From assembly GCF_009914755.1 (NCBI RefSeq), contig NC_060925.1: DNA of 64,000 nucleotides; one strand, given 5' to 3'. The stretch is from the human T2T-CHM13v2.0 reference genome, Homo sapiens. Under the pieces are notes generated by a model. The model was not told the DNA's origin. It saw only the letters and a list, made by a program, of their open reading frames with translations, and did no database searches. Both the position numbers and the translations under genes were made by a program. Positions 14,846 to 27,794 of the stretch are shown here, piece by piece (position 1 is the stretch's first letter; the number at the start of each line of letters is the position of its first letter).

Positions 14846-17800
14846 GCTGGGTTGCCCCAAAGACCACAAAATGCCTTTCCTGCTCCCCAGAAGGTCCAGT
14901 TCATCCTCTCCACTAGGCTGCAGGCATCTCCAGAGCAGGGCTGTGTCCTCTCCTCCTTCTATTGAGTTCCCCTACCTGAGCCTGGCCTTTGTAAAGAAAT
15001 TTGACAGGCACATCATGACAGGCAGAATCCAGGGGAAGAAAGCACTTGTCACAGTCCAGTTTGGGCTGGGAACCAACAATTTGTTGACTTAATCAGGCAG
15101 ATGCAAAAAGGTGTTGTCATGGTGGCAAGCTTTCTATTCCAGGCGGCCAGGCCATAATTAAATGTCCTGACCTGCACACCTCCAATTACAGCACAAGAGC
15201 TGGTTTCCCAGGCCTGTTAACTAGCAATTATAGAACCTTCCAGTGAAATTCCAAATCACTTAGTAAAGGTCAACTTCCTTTATTTATTTTTCAGATTTGG
15301 GGGTAGAAGTGAAATGGAATTATTGCCCAAATTATGTGTGACATCCATTACTTAAAATAGGTTTATTCAAACGGCCCATATGGAGCAAGGGATGGAGCCT
15401 GCAGTTCTTACAAGTTGTTATAAGGGATCTCATTTATGGAGCACCTGCTATGTGGCAGGCAAAACCACAGTGGCTTTAAATGTGTTCTATGATTTAATTC
15501 TTATAATAAACTTAAGAGGTAGGAATTACTATTTCCATTTTGAAAAGGAGTAAACTGAAGATCAGAAAAGTTAAGTAACCTTCCCAGGGTCATACAGCTG
15601 ATGCTTCAGAATTCAGGATTTACAGCCAGGTCTGTCTGCCTCTGGACACCAGGCTCTTCCCATTACTAGGTGGTCTCAAGCTAAGTAACACAATTTGGGG
15701 TTCAGAGCACAGCTCCTATGTGTTGTGCAAGGAGTGCTGAGACCTAAAATATTCCCTTCTCCTGGCCTATCCATGAAGGCACAGTTGAGGCACAGGTCTC
15801 TTCCAGCCTCTGGGATGGTTACCATGTTAGGGTTAATAACCCTTCATTGTTGACGGCTCAGACAGCTTTTTATATTGATAAGAGAGACTTGGAACAGTGT
15901 GAGGACAGTAGGCCTTCAGAACAGAAACAGGTGGTACCAAAGACACGGTCTTCATGCCATCACTTGCCACGTGATGCCCATGGCAGGTGCCACTAATCAA
16001 CAGTGACCCCAGGCTCCTTCTCAATACAGGTGATTCTTCCAATGCATTGAACTGGCCCAGGAGATGCAAATTGTTTTCTCTCTCTGTCTTAGATATATGG
16101 TGACCATATTTTCTGCATGCAAAATTCTGACATGTAATTCAACTGAAGATTATTTCCCTGATTTATGAATTTATTTATGCTTTACAAAAGCTAAAGTCAA
16201 ATCACATTCCCCCATATATTTAACAAATCACTTTTAATGAAAAGAATAAATGCCCCTTAATCAGAATTGTCCCAGATGATCTAGGCCATATGGTTGTTAC
16301 AGTTGACTGTGGGTGCAGATCCTGGGCCTGTGCACAAAAAGACACTCAGTAAACACATGGGGAACAAGTGAATGGGAGGAGGGTTCAGATGAAAGAAAAA
16401 GGGGAAGGTCCCTGAGAATAAATCTGCTGACATCACCATCTCGCCGAGTCCATGCTTGACTGGGGACTTTCCTGAAGCTATAAATTACTTTTCAATGTCT
16501 CATTCCAGGAGAGAAATATCCAAACGACATGTCCATCTGATGAAGAGAACAGTGTACATGCACACACCAGATGCATGTGGGTGCAGCTGCCCAAATTGCA
16601 GCCAGTCAAGTTTTATACCTGACTGGCATAAAACTTAATCAGGCTCCAGTGTTCAGGGCCAAAAGCCACAACAAACATTTCAAAGTCAGGCCTCACCCTC
16701 CATCTCACAGATAGTCCCCCAGCTGCCCACAAGACCTGGACTGATTGGGTAATTGTAGAAATCCACATCCAAGAGGTTGAAATGGCAGAACTGCTATGAA
16801 GCTTGTCCCAGTTTTTCGATTCTGCCTTCAGGCAGCAACAATCCTTTCAGTTGCTTATCTCAAATAACTAAGTCACCTCCACTGAAGAAGTGCGATCAAC
16901 CACTTGTAAGAAAGCAAAACTCCACAAGCATCCTAGCATCAGGGCCCACTAGTTGACTCCAGGATGAGTGCAATGATCTCTCCTGGGTACCAAGAAGACT
17001 CCATCCAGAGAGAGGGCAGATAACAAATGTCCATCTTAGGTCCCTTGCCCCCCATCCACCATCTCCTAGTCCCTGGGACCTCCATCTAAGAGGAGAAGCA
17101 CCAGCCTTGGCAATGGAAGCCCACACCAGTAGGGGCTGGCCCCACACTGATCCTGGTAGGTTCATGCTTATGCTTCTGCCTCATGCTGAACTAGTGCATG
17201 CCTCAGCCCTTTGGAACCCCTTGGAGCTCTCCAAGGTACTGACCCTCATTCCTGGCTGGGCCCCTAAAAACAGTGTCATGGTGAAATGTGGTTATTTTGA
17301 GTTTATATATGGTTACAGTCTTTTAAAAAGAATCAATTCAAAATAAATTTGGCTTCACTGTTGTACCTCATTTTAAGAAGTAGTTTTCTAACTTTTCACC
17401 TCCAATTTATAGTGTGGATCTCTTTAAGAAGCCAGGTGGCCTATGTGGCATGTGGCTTATGGATTTGCCTGTAATGGCCCTGAAGCCTTTGACATCACCA
17501 AGTCCTCACTCCTTTGGATCTTGCCTGTCCTATTTCTTGGCCTTGTGCCCTTCCCAATCCCTTCCTATCAACTGCAGACTCCTAGGATGCCCTTTTCCAG
17601 CCCTTACAGGGCACTATGATTGTTTATTGACCAGTTTATTTCCCCCATTGGCCTGAGTCCTCCAATGACCAGATTTTTTTTTTTTTTGTACCTAATGCAG
17701 GGTTTGTGTCACCTGGGTCCTCAGTTGGTGTTTATTGCCCAGTGGGCAGCTAGTGAATAGTCTCCTGGGTGTGACCCAGGAGATCTTCCATCTCTTAAGC

Positions 17801-18865
17801 CCTTGGCTTTTCCTACTCCCCAAGGCCCACTCTGGCAGCCAGCCAGGTGTGCTGTCCTCCCAATGGTAGGAACAGTGGTCTGTGCTAGTCTCCTGCTCAT
17901 AAGAAACTTCAGGATCCATGTCTTCTGCTTGCTTGTTTGTTGTATTTCCTAGAGGAAAACAGTCTGGTGTTAACCTTGGGTTTTACTGGCTACCTCACCC
18001 CATAGAAACACAACAATAACAACGAATGCTTCTTTGAACACCATTTTTCACTATTCTAAGCATTTTATATGCATTAATTATCAGTTACATTTGCTGTTAG
18101 GCAAATGCTACCACATCCTCTTTTTACAGATAATGAGGCAGACAGAGAGGTTATGTGACTCACTTGGGGCCGCCCAGCTGGTTAGTGACGGGCCCAGAGC
18201 ACCCTCCAGAGACACTGTCCTGAACCATCGTGCTGTGCTGCCACCCACTGAGCTTGGAGCACCACGGGGAGGGGGTGGGGAAAGGCGAAACGTCAGGAGA
18301 GGGTGAGAAATGGGAATTTGGAGGCATAAAGTCAGGAAAAGGTTGAGTCCTTTTTATAATAAATTCCTAAAAGAGGGAATACGAAAATCGCAGTTGCTGT
18401 AGTTGTACAGATGAGTCCTTATCTAACTCCATACAATTAATATAAAGAACCATATAATTAATTTACAACTGGAAAAAAAAATACTTTATTCTAAAGATGA
18501 GCAAGCAGAGGCCCAGAGAAGCCCCCGAGTGCCCAAGTTACAAAGAAGAGTGTCCAGAGGCACTGGCTTAAGAAGACAGAAGGCACTCAGTTGAACCATT
18601 TTTACAATGGTATAAAGAACCCCCAAGGTGATATTTTAATAAACAAAATGACCCAGGTCATTAATCTCTCTGCTGCTTTGAGACATACACAGGTGCTCCC
18701 AGGGCTGAGGCTGTGGAATCCCAGCCAGCTATCCTCTAGGGGGAGCTAGAGGCAGTCCTTCCCTTTAAACAGGGCCTTCATTAAGCAAACTTAACAAACA
18801 CGAGGAGCACAAACAGAAACCTCTTTCTCAGCTTGCAACGGACAGATGTTTAATAAGATGCCATG

Positions 18866-19050
18866 GGCCGGGTGCAGTGGCTCATGCCTGTAATTCCAGC
18901 ATTTGGGGAGGCTGAGGAGGGAGGATCGCTTAGGGCCAGGAGTTCAAGGCTGCAGTGAGCTATGACCATGTCGCTGCACTCCAGCCTGGAGAACAGAGCA
19001 AGACTGTCTTAAAAACAAAACAAAACAACAACAAAAACAAAAAAATAAAT
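18866..19050 (+). mobile_element. Free Alu monomer (FAM/FRAM)
   Basis: Single monomer with an A-rich tail; TSD AATAAGATG(C/T)CATGG. Confidence 0.85.
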
Positions 19051-19596
19051 AAGATGTCATGGATATGGAATAAATAGAGGATAAAGCCCACTGAGGAAAT
19101 GCCTGAATTCTAGACAATCTCAGCAGCTTTCTTGCATTCCTCTGGAATGACTGGGCCACATCTGTATTGTGTTCCCATCTGGACACTTCATTTTAAGAGT
19201 GATAGTGACGCATTTATCCTGGGAAGGGAAATTAGCAAATACCAAGGCTGGTAGGGGGTGGGGGGGGACCTGGGCTGCTCACCCCAGAGAAGACTGGCCA
19301 GCTGGGCTGCGAAGCCACCACTCCAACAGTTCCCTGTCTGTGAAAAACAGAGTGTCCCCTTCCCTGAGGGTGCACTCCTCCTTGGGGGTGGGGGGACAGA
19401 TAAGTTAGAACTGCCAAGGTTCTCTGCTCCTTAAATGCAGCCTAGCAGGATGGGTGGAGGGGGTGGGGGGCGGTCCTTGCAGCACTCAGAGCCAAGCGCT
19501 TTCTGGACCTGGTAAAGTGCCTATGCACTCTGGGGCCTCTGAGACTCCTACAGCAAGAAGGACCTTAGCTGTCTCCAGGCCCTGATCCAACCACTT

Positions 19597-19740
19597 CATT
19601 TCATTTTATCTATTTTATTTTATTTTATTTTTGAGATGGAGTCTTGCTCTGAAGCCTAGGCTGGAGTGCAGTGGTGCGATCTTGGCTCACTGCAACCTCT
19701 GCCTCCCAAGTTCAAGCGATTCTTCTGCCTCAGCCTCCCA
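19597..19740 (-). mobile_element. Truncated AluS right arm inside a MIR-like segment
   Basis: (ATTTT)n tail plus GAGATGGAGTCTTGCTCTG; TSD-like CAACC(A/C)CTTCATTT. Confidence 0.88.
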
Positions 19741-21768
19741 AACAACCCCTTCATTTTCGAGATGAGGGCTCTGAGGCTCTGGGTTCCATGGCCAGTAAGA
19801 AGCAGAAGTGGGACTGGAGTCCAGTCATGCAGCCCCCCATCACCCTATCTAGTCCTCTTGCCATTTGGCCCACAGCCTCCACCAGCAGGAGCAACACTAG
19901 GCGCCAATCTTGCCCTGTCTTTCTGGTGATCTGGAAACAGTCCTATCATGGCAGCTGGAAAACAGTGGCTCACACTGCTGCCAGGCAATGTTCACCAGCT
20001 GGTCCTCCTCCCAAACACACTGGCAAGACCTAGTGACACACAGGGTGCCTGAGAGACTGTGCACCCACATACCGCCTTGCAATTGTCCATCCCCAGCCAT
20101 TAACAGGTGCGACTTCTCTCCGCAGGACCACAGTGGATAGAAATCTCTGTGGAAATCTCCTCTTGGCTGCTAGCCATAGAGGACAGATCTTCTACGCCAA
20201 AGGGAGAAGGCTGAGAACCATAAAGCCATCAAGTAGGAGGGACCATGCAGTGCTCTCTGATGCCCAATATGTAACCATAATACATGAGAGACCATTAAAG
20301 GAGAAGAGCTGGGGAACCCCACCCCTGCCCCATGCCATACAACTCTTCCTAAACACAGGGTCTTCACAGCCAGCCTCGACAAGAGACACATGTAGAAGGG
20401 AACCATGACTAGCCATTCCACAGACCAGACCAGCACAGCCTGTTGTGGTGGAGACAGTAGCTTCTTCCCCAACCATTCAGCACTGCGGCCTGGGCTTCCT
20501 CACCTACAGATGTCTAGGGCTCTGATGCCTTCCTGTAGTTACCCACAGCAGCCCACAGCACTGCCCTTTCTCAATCTCAGCCTCCTCCCCACCCCTACAC
20601 GGTCCATCCTCCAGTGGTGGGGGCTTCATCTCCTGATGGTCTTGACCTTGGGCACTCTTATCTTGCTGTCCAAGGGAAATCCCCAGAAGACACTGAGTAA
20701 TGAGAGCTGAGAGAATGGGACCTTGCTTTTAGGCCATGGGTGAAATTCAAGCCCCAGTACGTCATGTCTGTGAGGCTTGTGGAAAGCTGGCTTCTGAGTG
20801 AGTGTCCCTCAGCCAGCACTCAGCAGACATTTATCTGGCATGACCTCTGCGCTCACACTGCCAGGGCTGGAGTGCAGAGCCACAGGAGAGTGGGGTCACG
20901 TGGGGACAGTTCTTCCCCTCTCCCTACCCTGTGCTGTATGAACTATATCCATCACCTCTTTTAGCTCTCATGCCACCATGGTGGTTGGTATGTTCCCATT
21001 CCACATATGAGTAAATGTAGACCCATGAGGGTTAAGGGAATGGCCCAAAGTCACATGGCTAAGATGCAGAACCAGAACTTGAATGCAGGCCCGGCTTCCC
21101 TAAGGCTAGTGCCTGCCACCAGATTATAGCCATGAATCTTGCATAACCTGGGTGAAACGCTTTTCCAAACTCTATTTCAAAATTATGAGTTGGCCTAAAA
21201 TATGACTCCCACAGCATGCTAATCTTGTAATTACTATTCATTTATGACCACTCTCCATTGCATTTGCAACTGAAAGCTTTATTATGCATTAGTGTGTTTC
21301 GGTTCCACAAATATTTATGTTTCCATTCCACAGGTAAGAATAGGTACCCAAGAAATTCTTTTCCCCATTTTAAAATGGAGAGTTGCTCCTTTATGAAAGC
21401 ATTCCTTTCAGTGAATCCATTTATTCAACTGCCCATTGATTCAAAAGCATTTACTGAGTGTAAAAGGCATACACGTTATATGCATGATATGCAAAATCAG
21501 CACTGCTCTGGGTTTTGGAGATACAGCAGTAATCAGGACAGATAAGGTTCCTGCTAAAATCAAACTTAGGTTCTAGCAGAGGAGACAGACAGTAAATAAG
21601 TAAATAAATAAATAAGATGGTTCAGGTAAGAGGTGCTATGAAGAAAGTAAAACAGGATGGCCTGGGGATGTAATAAGAGGTAACATCTGAACTGATACCT
21701 GTTACCTGCTGACTGAAAAGAAGTCAGCCATATAAAGATTAGGTGAAAGAAAGTTCTAGGCAGAAGGG

Positions 21769-22079
21769 GGTCAGGTGCAGTGGCTCATGTCTGTAATTCC
21801 AGCATTTTGGGAAGCTGAGGTGGGAGGTTACTTGAAGCCAGGAGTTCAAGACCTGCCTGGGCAACATAGTGGGACCCTTTCTCTACAAAAAATAAAAATT
21901 AGCTGGGCATGGTGGTGCATGCCTGCAGCCCCAGCTATTCAGGAGGCTGAAACAAGAGGATGGCTTGAGCCAGGAGTTTGAGGCTGCAGTGAGCTATGAT
22001 CACACCACCGCACTCCAGCCTGGGTGATAGAGTGAGACCCTGTCTCAAAAAAAGAAAGAAAAAAAGAGAAAAGAAAAGA
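21769..22079 (+). mobile_element. AluJ inside an L2 fragment
   Basis: GAGGCTGCAGTGAGCTATGAT; TSD AAGTTCTAG(G/A)CAGAAGG. Confidence 0.92.
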
Positions 22080-22319
22080 AAGTTCTAGACAGAAGGAACA
22101 ACAAGTACAAAGCCCCTGAGGTAGGAATGGGAATGGTCACAGCCAGTGTTAATGGGACCTAGACAGTTCAAAGGGAAGCAGGGGAAGATAGGGAGGCTGA
22201 CCCATAACAGGCCTCAGAGGCCCATGGAGGAGGCTTAGCTTTTATCCTAGTGGCATGTGGAGAACCAGGCATGAAAACACATATCATGAATCGCCAACAA
22301 GTGCCGTAGGAATCGATGC

Positions 22320-22480
22320 TTTTTTATTGTTTTTTTTTTTTTTATTGTTGTTGTTGTTTTTTGAGACAGAAGTCTCTCTCTGTTGCCCAAGCCGGAGTGC
22401 AGTGGTGGGATCTCGGCCCACTGCAACCCCTGCCTCCTGGGTTCAAGCAATCCTCCTGTCTCAGCCTCCTGAGTAGCTGG
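22320..22480 (-). mobile_element. Alu right-arm fragment
   Basis: T-rich tail plus GAGACAG...CTCAGCCTCCTGAGTAGCTGG. Confidence 0.88.
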
Positions 22481-22980
22481 AGAACCACATCCCCAAAACT
22501 TAGAAATCAGATTGCCTTCAGAATTAAACCACTGAAGCCCACGTGCCGTTGATGCAATTAGTCACCTGTTGGTTCTGGAGTAAGTCCCCAAAGAGCTGTG
22601 GAGCATCCTAAACTAATCAAGGTGGCCTTGGAAGCAGGGCCAGTATTAGTATGTAGAAAGTGGCAGTACCAGCATTTGAACCCAGTTCAGCCTGACTCCA
22701 CAATCCCAAGTCTTGTCCACTCCAGCCTCTCAGTAGCTTCCATAAAGCTTAGACACATAGCACACATAAAGATAACATGGAGAACTGTTGCCAGCATTGA
22801 ACAGAAAGCACATTCTTGTGTGGCATTTTGCTTATGGCACAATCGGGGTGGGTACATGGAAGGCAGCCATGGAGTAGGCCATTCAAACCTGGTGAAACAA
22901 GAAGTTTAAGTGTTTCTCTTATTTCAGATCAAACCCAGAAGGCAAATTTTCATTAACTAACAACTAAAGGCATCTGTTAC

Positions 22981-23284
22981 GGCTGGGTGCAGTGGCACAC
23001 TCCTGTAATCCCAGCACTTTGGGAGGTCGAGGTGGGTAGATTACTTGAGGTCAGGAGTTTGAGACCAGCCTGGCCAACATGGTGAAACCCCATCTCTACC
23101 AAAAATACAAAAATTAGCCAGGCATGGTGGCGTAATCCCAGCTACTCAGGAGGCTGAGACATGAGGATTGCTTGAACCCAGGAGGCAGGAGTTGCAGTGG
23201 GCTGAGATCCCACCACTGCACTCCAGCCTGGGCAACAGAAGGAGACTTCAGCCTCAAACAAAACAAAACAAAACAAAACAAAAA
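22981..23284 (+). mobile_element. AluSx/Sz
   Basis: Full dimer with a (CAAAA)n tail. Confidence 0.93.
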
Positions 23285-24599
23285 CATAGCATCTATTCTT
23301 ACAGCATTTGTTGGTGATTCACGATATGTGTTTTTATGTGTGGTTCTCCTGCAAGCCCCATGAGAAAGAAGGGCTACAAACTTGCATTCCTAACACACCA
23401 CTTGCTTCATCTTGCCATGCTCTTGCCCTCTGCTAGCACTGTCCACCTGGAAAACTCGTCCCCACCCTTCCAGATTCAGCTCAAGTGTCAGCTCCCATAA
23501 GATGTCTTCCTGACCATCTCTACCCACTTTTAGGCCAAATCAATCACTTCTAAGCACATCTTTTTGATCAACTCATCACACTGGATGCATCTGGTGGCTT
23601 AAATGTCTGCCCCTTCCTAAAGTGAGCAAATGAAGAGCAGGGATTACATCACTCACTGAGGAATTGCTGGTGCCCATCATAGCACTTAACACATAGTAGG
23701 CATTTACTGAATGCTTATTGAGGAGCCCGCTGCTGGCTGAGTAAGGTTTTCTTGCTACTGCTGATAAATGGCAAAGCTGAGACCCACATCCAAGCCTTAG
23801 ACCACATTTTTCGGCCATGAGAAATGGCTATATAAAAGTAGCTAGGTCAGGACAAAGGTGATGGAGACATCAGACAGACAATAATTTGGGGTGGAGGGAA
23901 GTGATGCAGAGAGGAGGATGGATCAAAGGAGTTGCAATGAAACCTGACACAGCAGGGAAAAAAGGATGGGGCCGGATGGGGCAGGACATGGCAGAAAACG
24001 GGGTGGAAGTGAGCCAGAGGTGAATTACCTGAGGTTCCTTACGTGGGATGCTGGAGAAATGAGGACACTGCCTGCTGCATGGCTAGGCTGAGCAGGGGAT
24101 GTGGGCACACTGAGGAAGTTTTCTTCACATATTCATCTTGGGTTGTCAGTGGGATCCCAGGTCACCAGGAGGACCTGTGGTTCAATGCTCCATTTAGAGG
24201 TATGTTTAACTTCTGATAATTACAGCCAGGAAGGTGACAGTTACCCCTTGCTAAGGTGGACGAGGAGAAATGAGAGCTTCCAACAGCTCCAGAAAAGGTC
24301 TTTTACAAATCACAAATCCTCACCCTTTAGGCATCAACATGGCTTCTGAAGCACTACTGGGAGGTTACCTTGTGCAATTTCTGGAGATGCACTACTCCCT
24401 CTCTTTCCAAATACCCACAGGCTGCCTTGACTGAGTGCAGAACTGCCCTCTTTGAAGAAAGCAGGTGGGGAGGGAGGAACACTATGGAAAGAGCATGAAC
24501 TCCTGAGGGAGACTGGCCTGGGTTCCAATCCTGATTCCACCCTCTTGAGCTGAGTGACTAGGGGCCAGCTCTACTGTCCAGTCAAGGACACCTCAGCAA

Positions 24600-25240
24600 T
24601 GTCACAGGCATATGAAGACTGGGAGAAGGCATCTGCGATGTCTAAACACAACATACCATCAATTTCTAGAATATACAAGGAACTCCAGAAAGCCAATCAG
24701 AAAAGGACAGGAAACTCAATTTAAAAAATGGCAAAGCATATGAATAGGCAATTCATGGAAGGGAGAATCCAAGTGGGTAACAGCGTATGAAGAGACCTTC
24801 AAATGTACTAGTAATTCAAAAACCCAAACTAAACACAACAAAATACTAATAAACTCCCACAGGTAAATATTAATAATGCCTGTGTTGGTGAGCAGGGTGC
24901 AAAGATTCCTGTTTCTTCGTGTCCTGCTGGTGGGAGTTCAAATGGATTCAGCCGTTCTGGAAAACAGTCTGCAGTATATAGTATTTCTTCTTTGTGACCC
25001 AGAAAGCTCACTCCCAGATGTAAATCCCTGGGGGCGGGGGCATTGATGAAGAAATGTGTTCAAGTATTGTTTCTCTTAGCAAGGACTGAAAGCAACCCAA
25101 GTGCTTTAGACTAGGGGTGAGGATAAGAAGAGGTTATGGGGGGATGTGAAACACCATTGAAACACCACGCAGTCATTGGAAGCAGTGGCCTGAAAGTACA
25201 AGGTTGTGGGGACATTGGACATACCATACCGAATGAAAAC
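24600..25240 (+). mobile_element. Ancient L1M (ME-type) ORF2 3' fragment
   Basis: CTAGAATATACAAGGAACTC...AAAAATGGCAAAGCATATGAATAGGCAATTCA, a degenerate L1 ORF2 end. Confidence 0.65.
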
Positions 25241-26457
25241 GAACCCAGTCAGTAGCAGATGATATTATTATTCCCGTCTATAGGAGGAAATAGGTATTCA
25301 CATTTAGCACACTAGCCCATGCACTGTGGAGATTTAATAAATGCTGGTTCTCTCCCCCTTGTGCATTCCAACCTCTGCCCCTTCTTCATTCCCTCCCCAC
25401 GCTTCCTGAGTGGCATCCCAAGCTCTCCAGGTAGTTTAAGCATTGCTGTGGAAGGTGAGGGAGAGGTGTTAAGTAATTCTGGGGCAACCTTAACTAGAGA
25501 AAGAGTTTTAAAAATCAGAGTGAATGAATCCTTGTCCTGAATTCCCAGAGCCTCATGAAGGAGGCAGTGTGGAGGTATGGGCCGGAAGCTATTATCACCT
25601 CCATTTTAAAGAGATGCATTTAAGTAACTTGCCCCTAAGATACTCACTAATAAATTGTAGAATCGTTGTTAAAATTCAGGCAGTTTGAATTCAGAGCCCA
25701 CTCTCCCTTTTTTTTGTTTATTTGCAGATTTTATTTCATGTCTGTGTGTGTATGTGTGTGTTGAAATCTTTCAAATATACAGAAATGTACAGAGACTAAT
25801 AAAATGAATACACTTCGCCCATCACCCAGCACTCTCCAGTGCTTTGCCATTTAACCACAAATCAGTTTCATTCTCAGTAGTGTCTAATTGTTCCATTTGT
25901 CTTTTTTTTTTCTTGGTCTGTCTTGCTAAAGAATTCTTTATCTTTTGTTTTCTGATTTAGTTGCTCTTTTCTATTGTCTCTTTATTTTCTATTTTGTTAA
26001 TTTCCCTTCTGCTACTTTCTTTGAATTTACTCTTTTGTTCTTTTTCTTACTTCTTGATTTGAGTTCTTCTTTACCAATATAAATATTTACAGCTATACAT
26101 TTCCTCTCAGAATTGTTTTAGCCATTTCCCACTCATTTTGAAATTCATTCAAATATATAATTTCCGCTAAGATTTCTTCTTTGATTAATTATTTCGAAGA
26201 ATTTTTAAAATTTCAGACTTATGGGGGATTAGTTATCTTTTAATTATTGATTTCTGATTGAATTGCTTTGCGGTCAGAGACATATATGATATTGGGGGTT
26301 TTTCTTGTAGTTAGAGATGTTTATGATATTGGGATTTTAAAAATTAGTTGACATTTGCTACATGATTAATTTTTGCAAATGTTCACATGTACCTGAAAAG
26401 TATATGTACTCTTTAAAAATTGTTAAGAGTCAGGATTTTATATAAATGCTTTAGATC

Positions 26458-26660
26458 AGGGGTTAGCAAATGTGCTATAGTCAAGACTTTCAGCTTTGCA
26501 GGCCATACAGTCTCTGTCATGGCTACTCAACCTGCCATTGTAAAGCAAAAGCAGCCATAGACAATAGCCATAGAAAATAAGGAAATAAATGAATGGGGAT
26601 GTATTTCAATAAAACTTTATTGACAAAAACAGGTGGTGGGCTGGAACTGGCCCACCACCT
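26458..26660. mobile_element. MER58-type hAT-Charlie MITE
   Basis: CAGGGGTTAGCAAA ... AAAAGCAGCCATAGACAAT ... TCAATAAAACTTTATT ... CCTG; TTAGAT occurs at both flanks. Confidence 0.75.
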
Positions 26661-26920
26661 GTTAGATCAAGCTTTTTACTTGTGTTGATAAAATATTCCA
26701 TATCCCCCATACATTTTTTGTCTATTTACTCTGTCAGTTGTAGAGAGAGTTATGTTTAAATCCCCCTTTATAAAAACGTATCTGTCCATTTCTACTTCTC
26801 ATTCTGCCAATTTTTGCTTTATTTATTTTGAAGTTATGTTATTAGGTACAAACAAGGTCAGAATTGTTACGCTTCATGAACCCCTCTTATCTCTATGCAG
26901 TGATCTGTTTTATCCCCAGA

Positions 26921-27092
26921 ATGACCATAGGTCCCTGTTTGCCTGAGATAGTCCTAGTTAACACATGCTGTTCTCACAGGTCTTATTAATAGCACCTCTT
27001 ATATTAATACATGTTGTCCCCATAGACTTTACTAATAGCATCTCTTTTAACTCTGAAAAGAGTCCTCATTTGAACAACTGATTACATGGTCA
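26921..27092. mobile_element. MER96-like hAT MITE
   Basis: Terminal inverted repeat TGACCAT ... ATGGTCA. Confidence 0.5.
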
Positions 27093-27794
27093 CTTTTAAA
27101 AAATATCCTTAATGTTCTCTGTTCTCCAAGGATAATGTAGTTATTTCAGCTTTCTTTTGGTAGTGTATGTCTGAGAAATAGCCATCCATTTAAATCCAAA
27201 TGTTTTAAATAATTGTTTTATATTTACCTGTCCCTTGAATTTTCTACTGTCTTTTAGGTAACAGTCCTGTGGTCACTAAGACACAACATACAATATCAAT
27301 TTTAAAGTGTCTAGTCCTAGATATTAATCCATTAAAATGTTAGCTCCACGAAGGAGGATATTTTTATGTATTTTGCTCACGGCTAAATCCCCAGTGTCAA
27401 CCAATACCTAGCACAGAGTAGGAACTCAAATATTTATTGCATGAATGAACACTTGAATCTTCAATTCAAAGTAAGAAATCCTTTATCTCTACATAGGCAA
27501 GTTGCAAGTGGTTCCTACCCTCCCTAGCTAGCACCTGTGACAGGTGGGAACTTGGGGTCAGGGAAGGAAGGTACAGTGTGCTGATTTTCCCCTTTCCCCT
27601 CTTGCCCTCAGATTATGAAGCAGGGCTCCAAGCTCCTGAGGGGCTGGAGCCCAGAGAAGGAAAGGAAGCAGAGCCGTAAAGCTCTTAGGTGGCTGCTGAC
27701 TGATAGGTGACTCCAGCTTCAGAGACTCCCCAGTTGTGGTCTGGCTGCAAATCCCCTGGGGTAGAGGCTGTATTCTATCCCTCCAGCTTTCCCA

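Larger units (their letters stand above)
25870..27240 (-). mobile_element. Ancient L1M antisense fragments with nested DNA transposons
   Basis: T-rich antisense ORF2-like sequence, e.g. tttacagctatacatttcctctcag and tttattttgaagttatgttattaggtaca. Confidence 0.65.
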
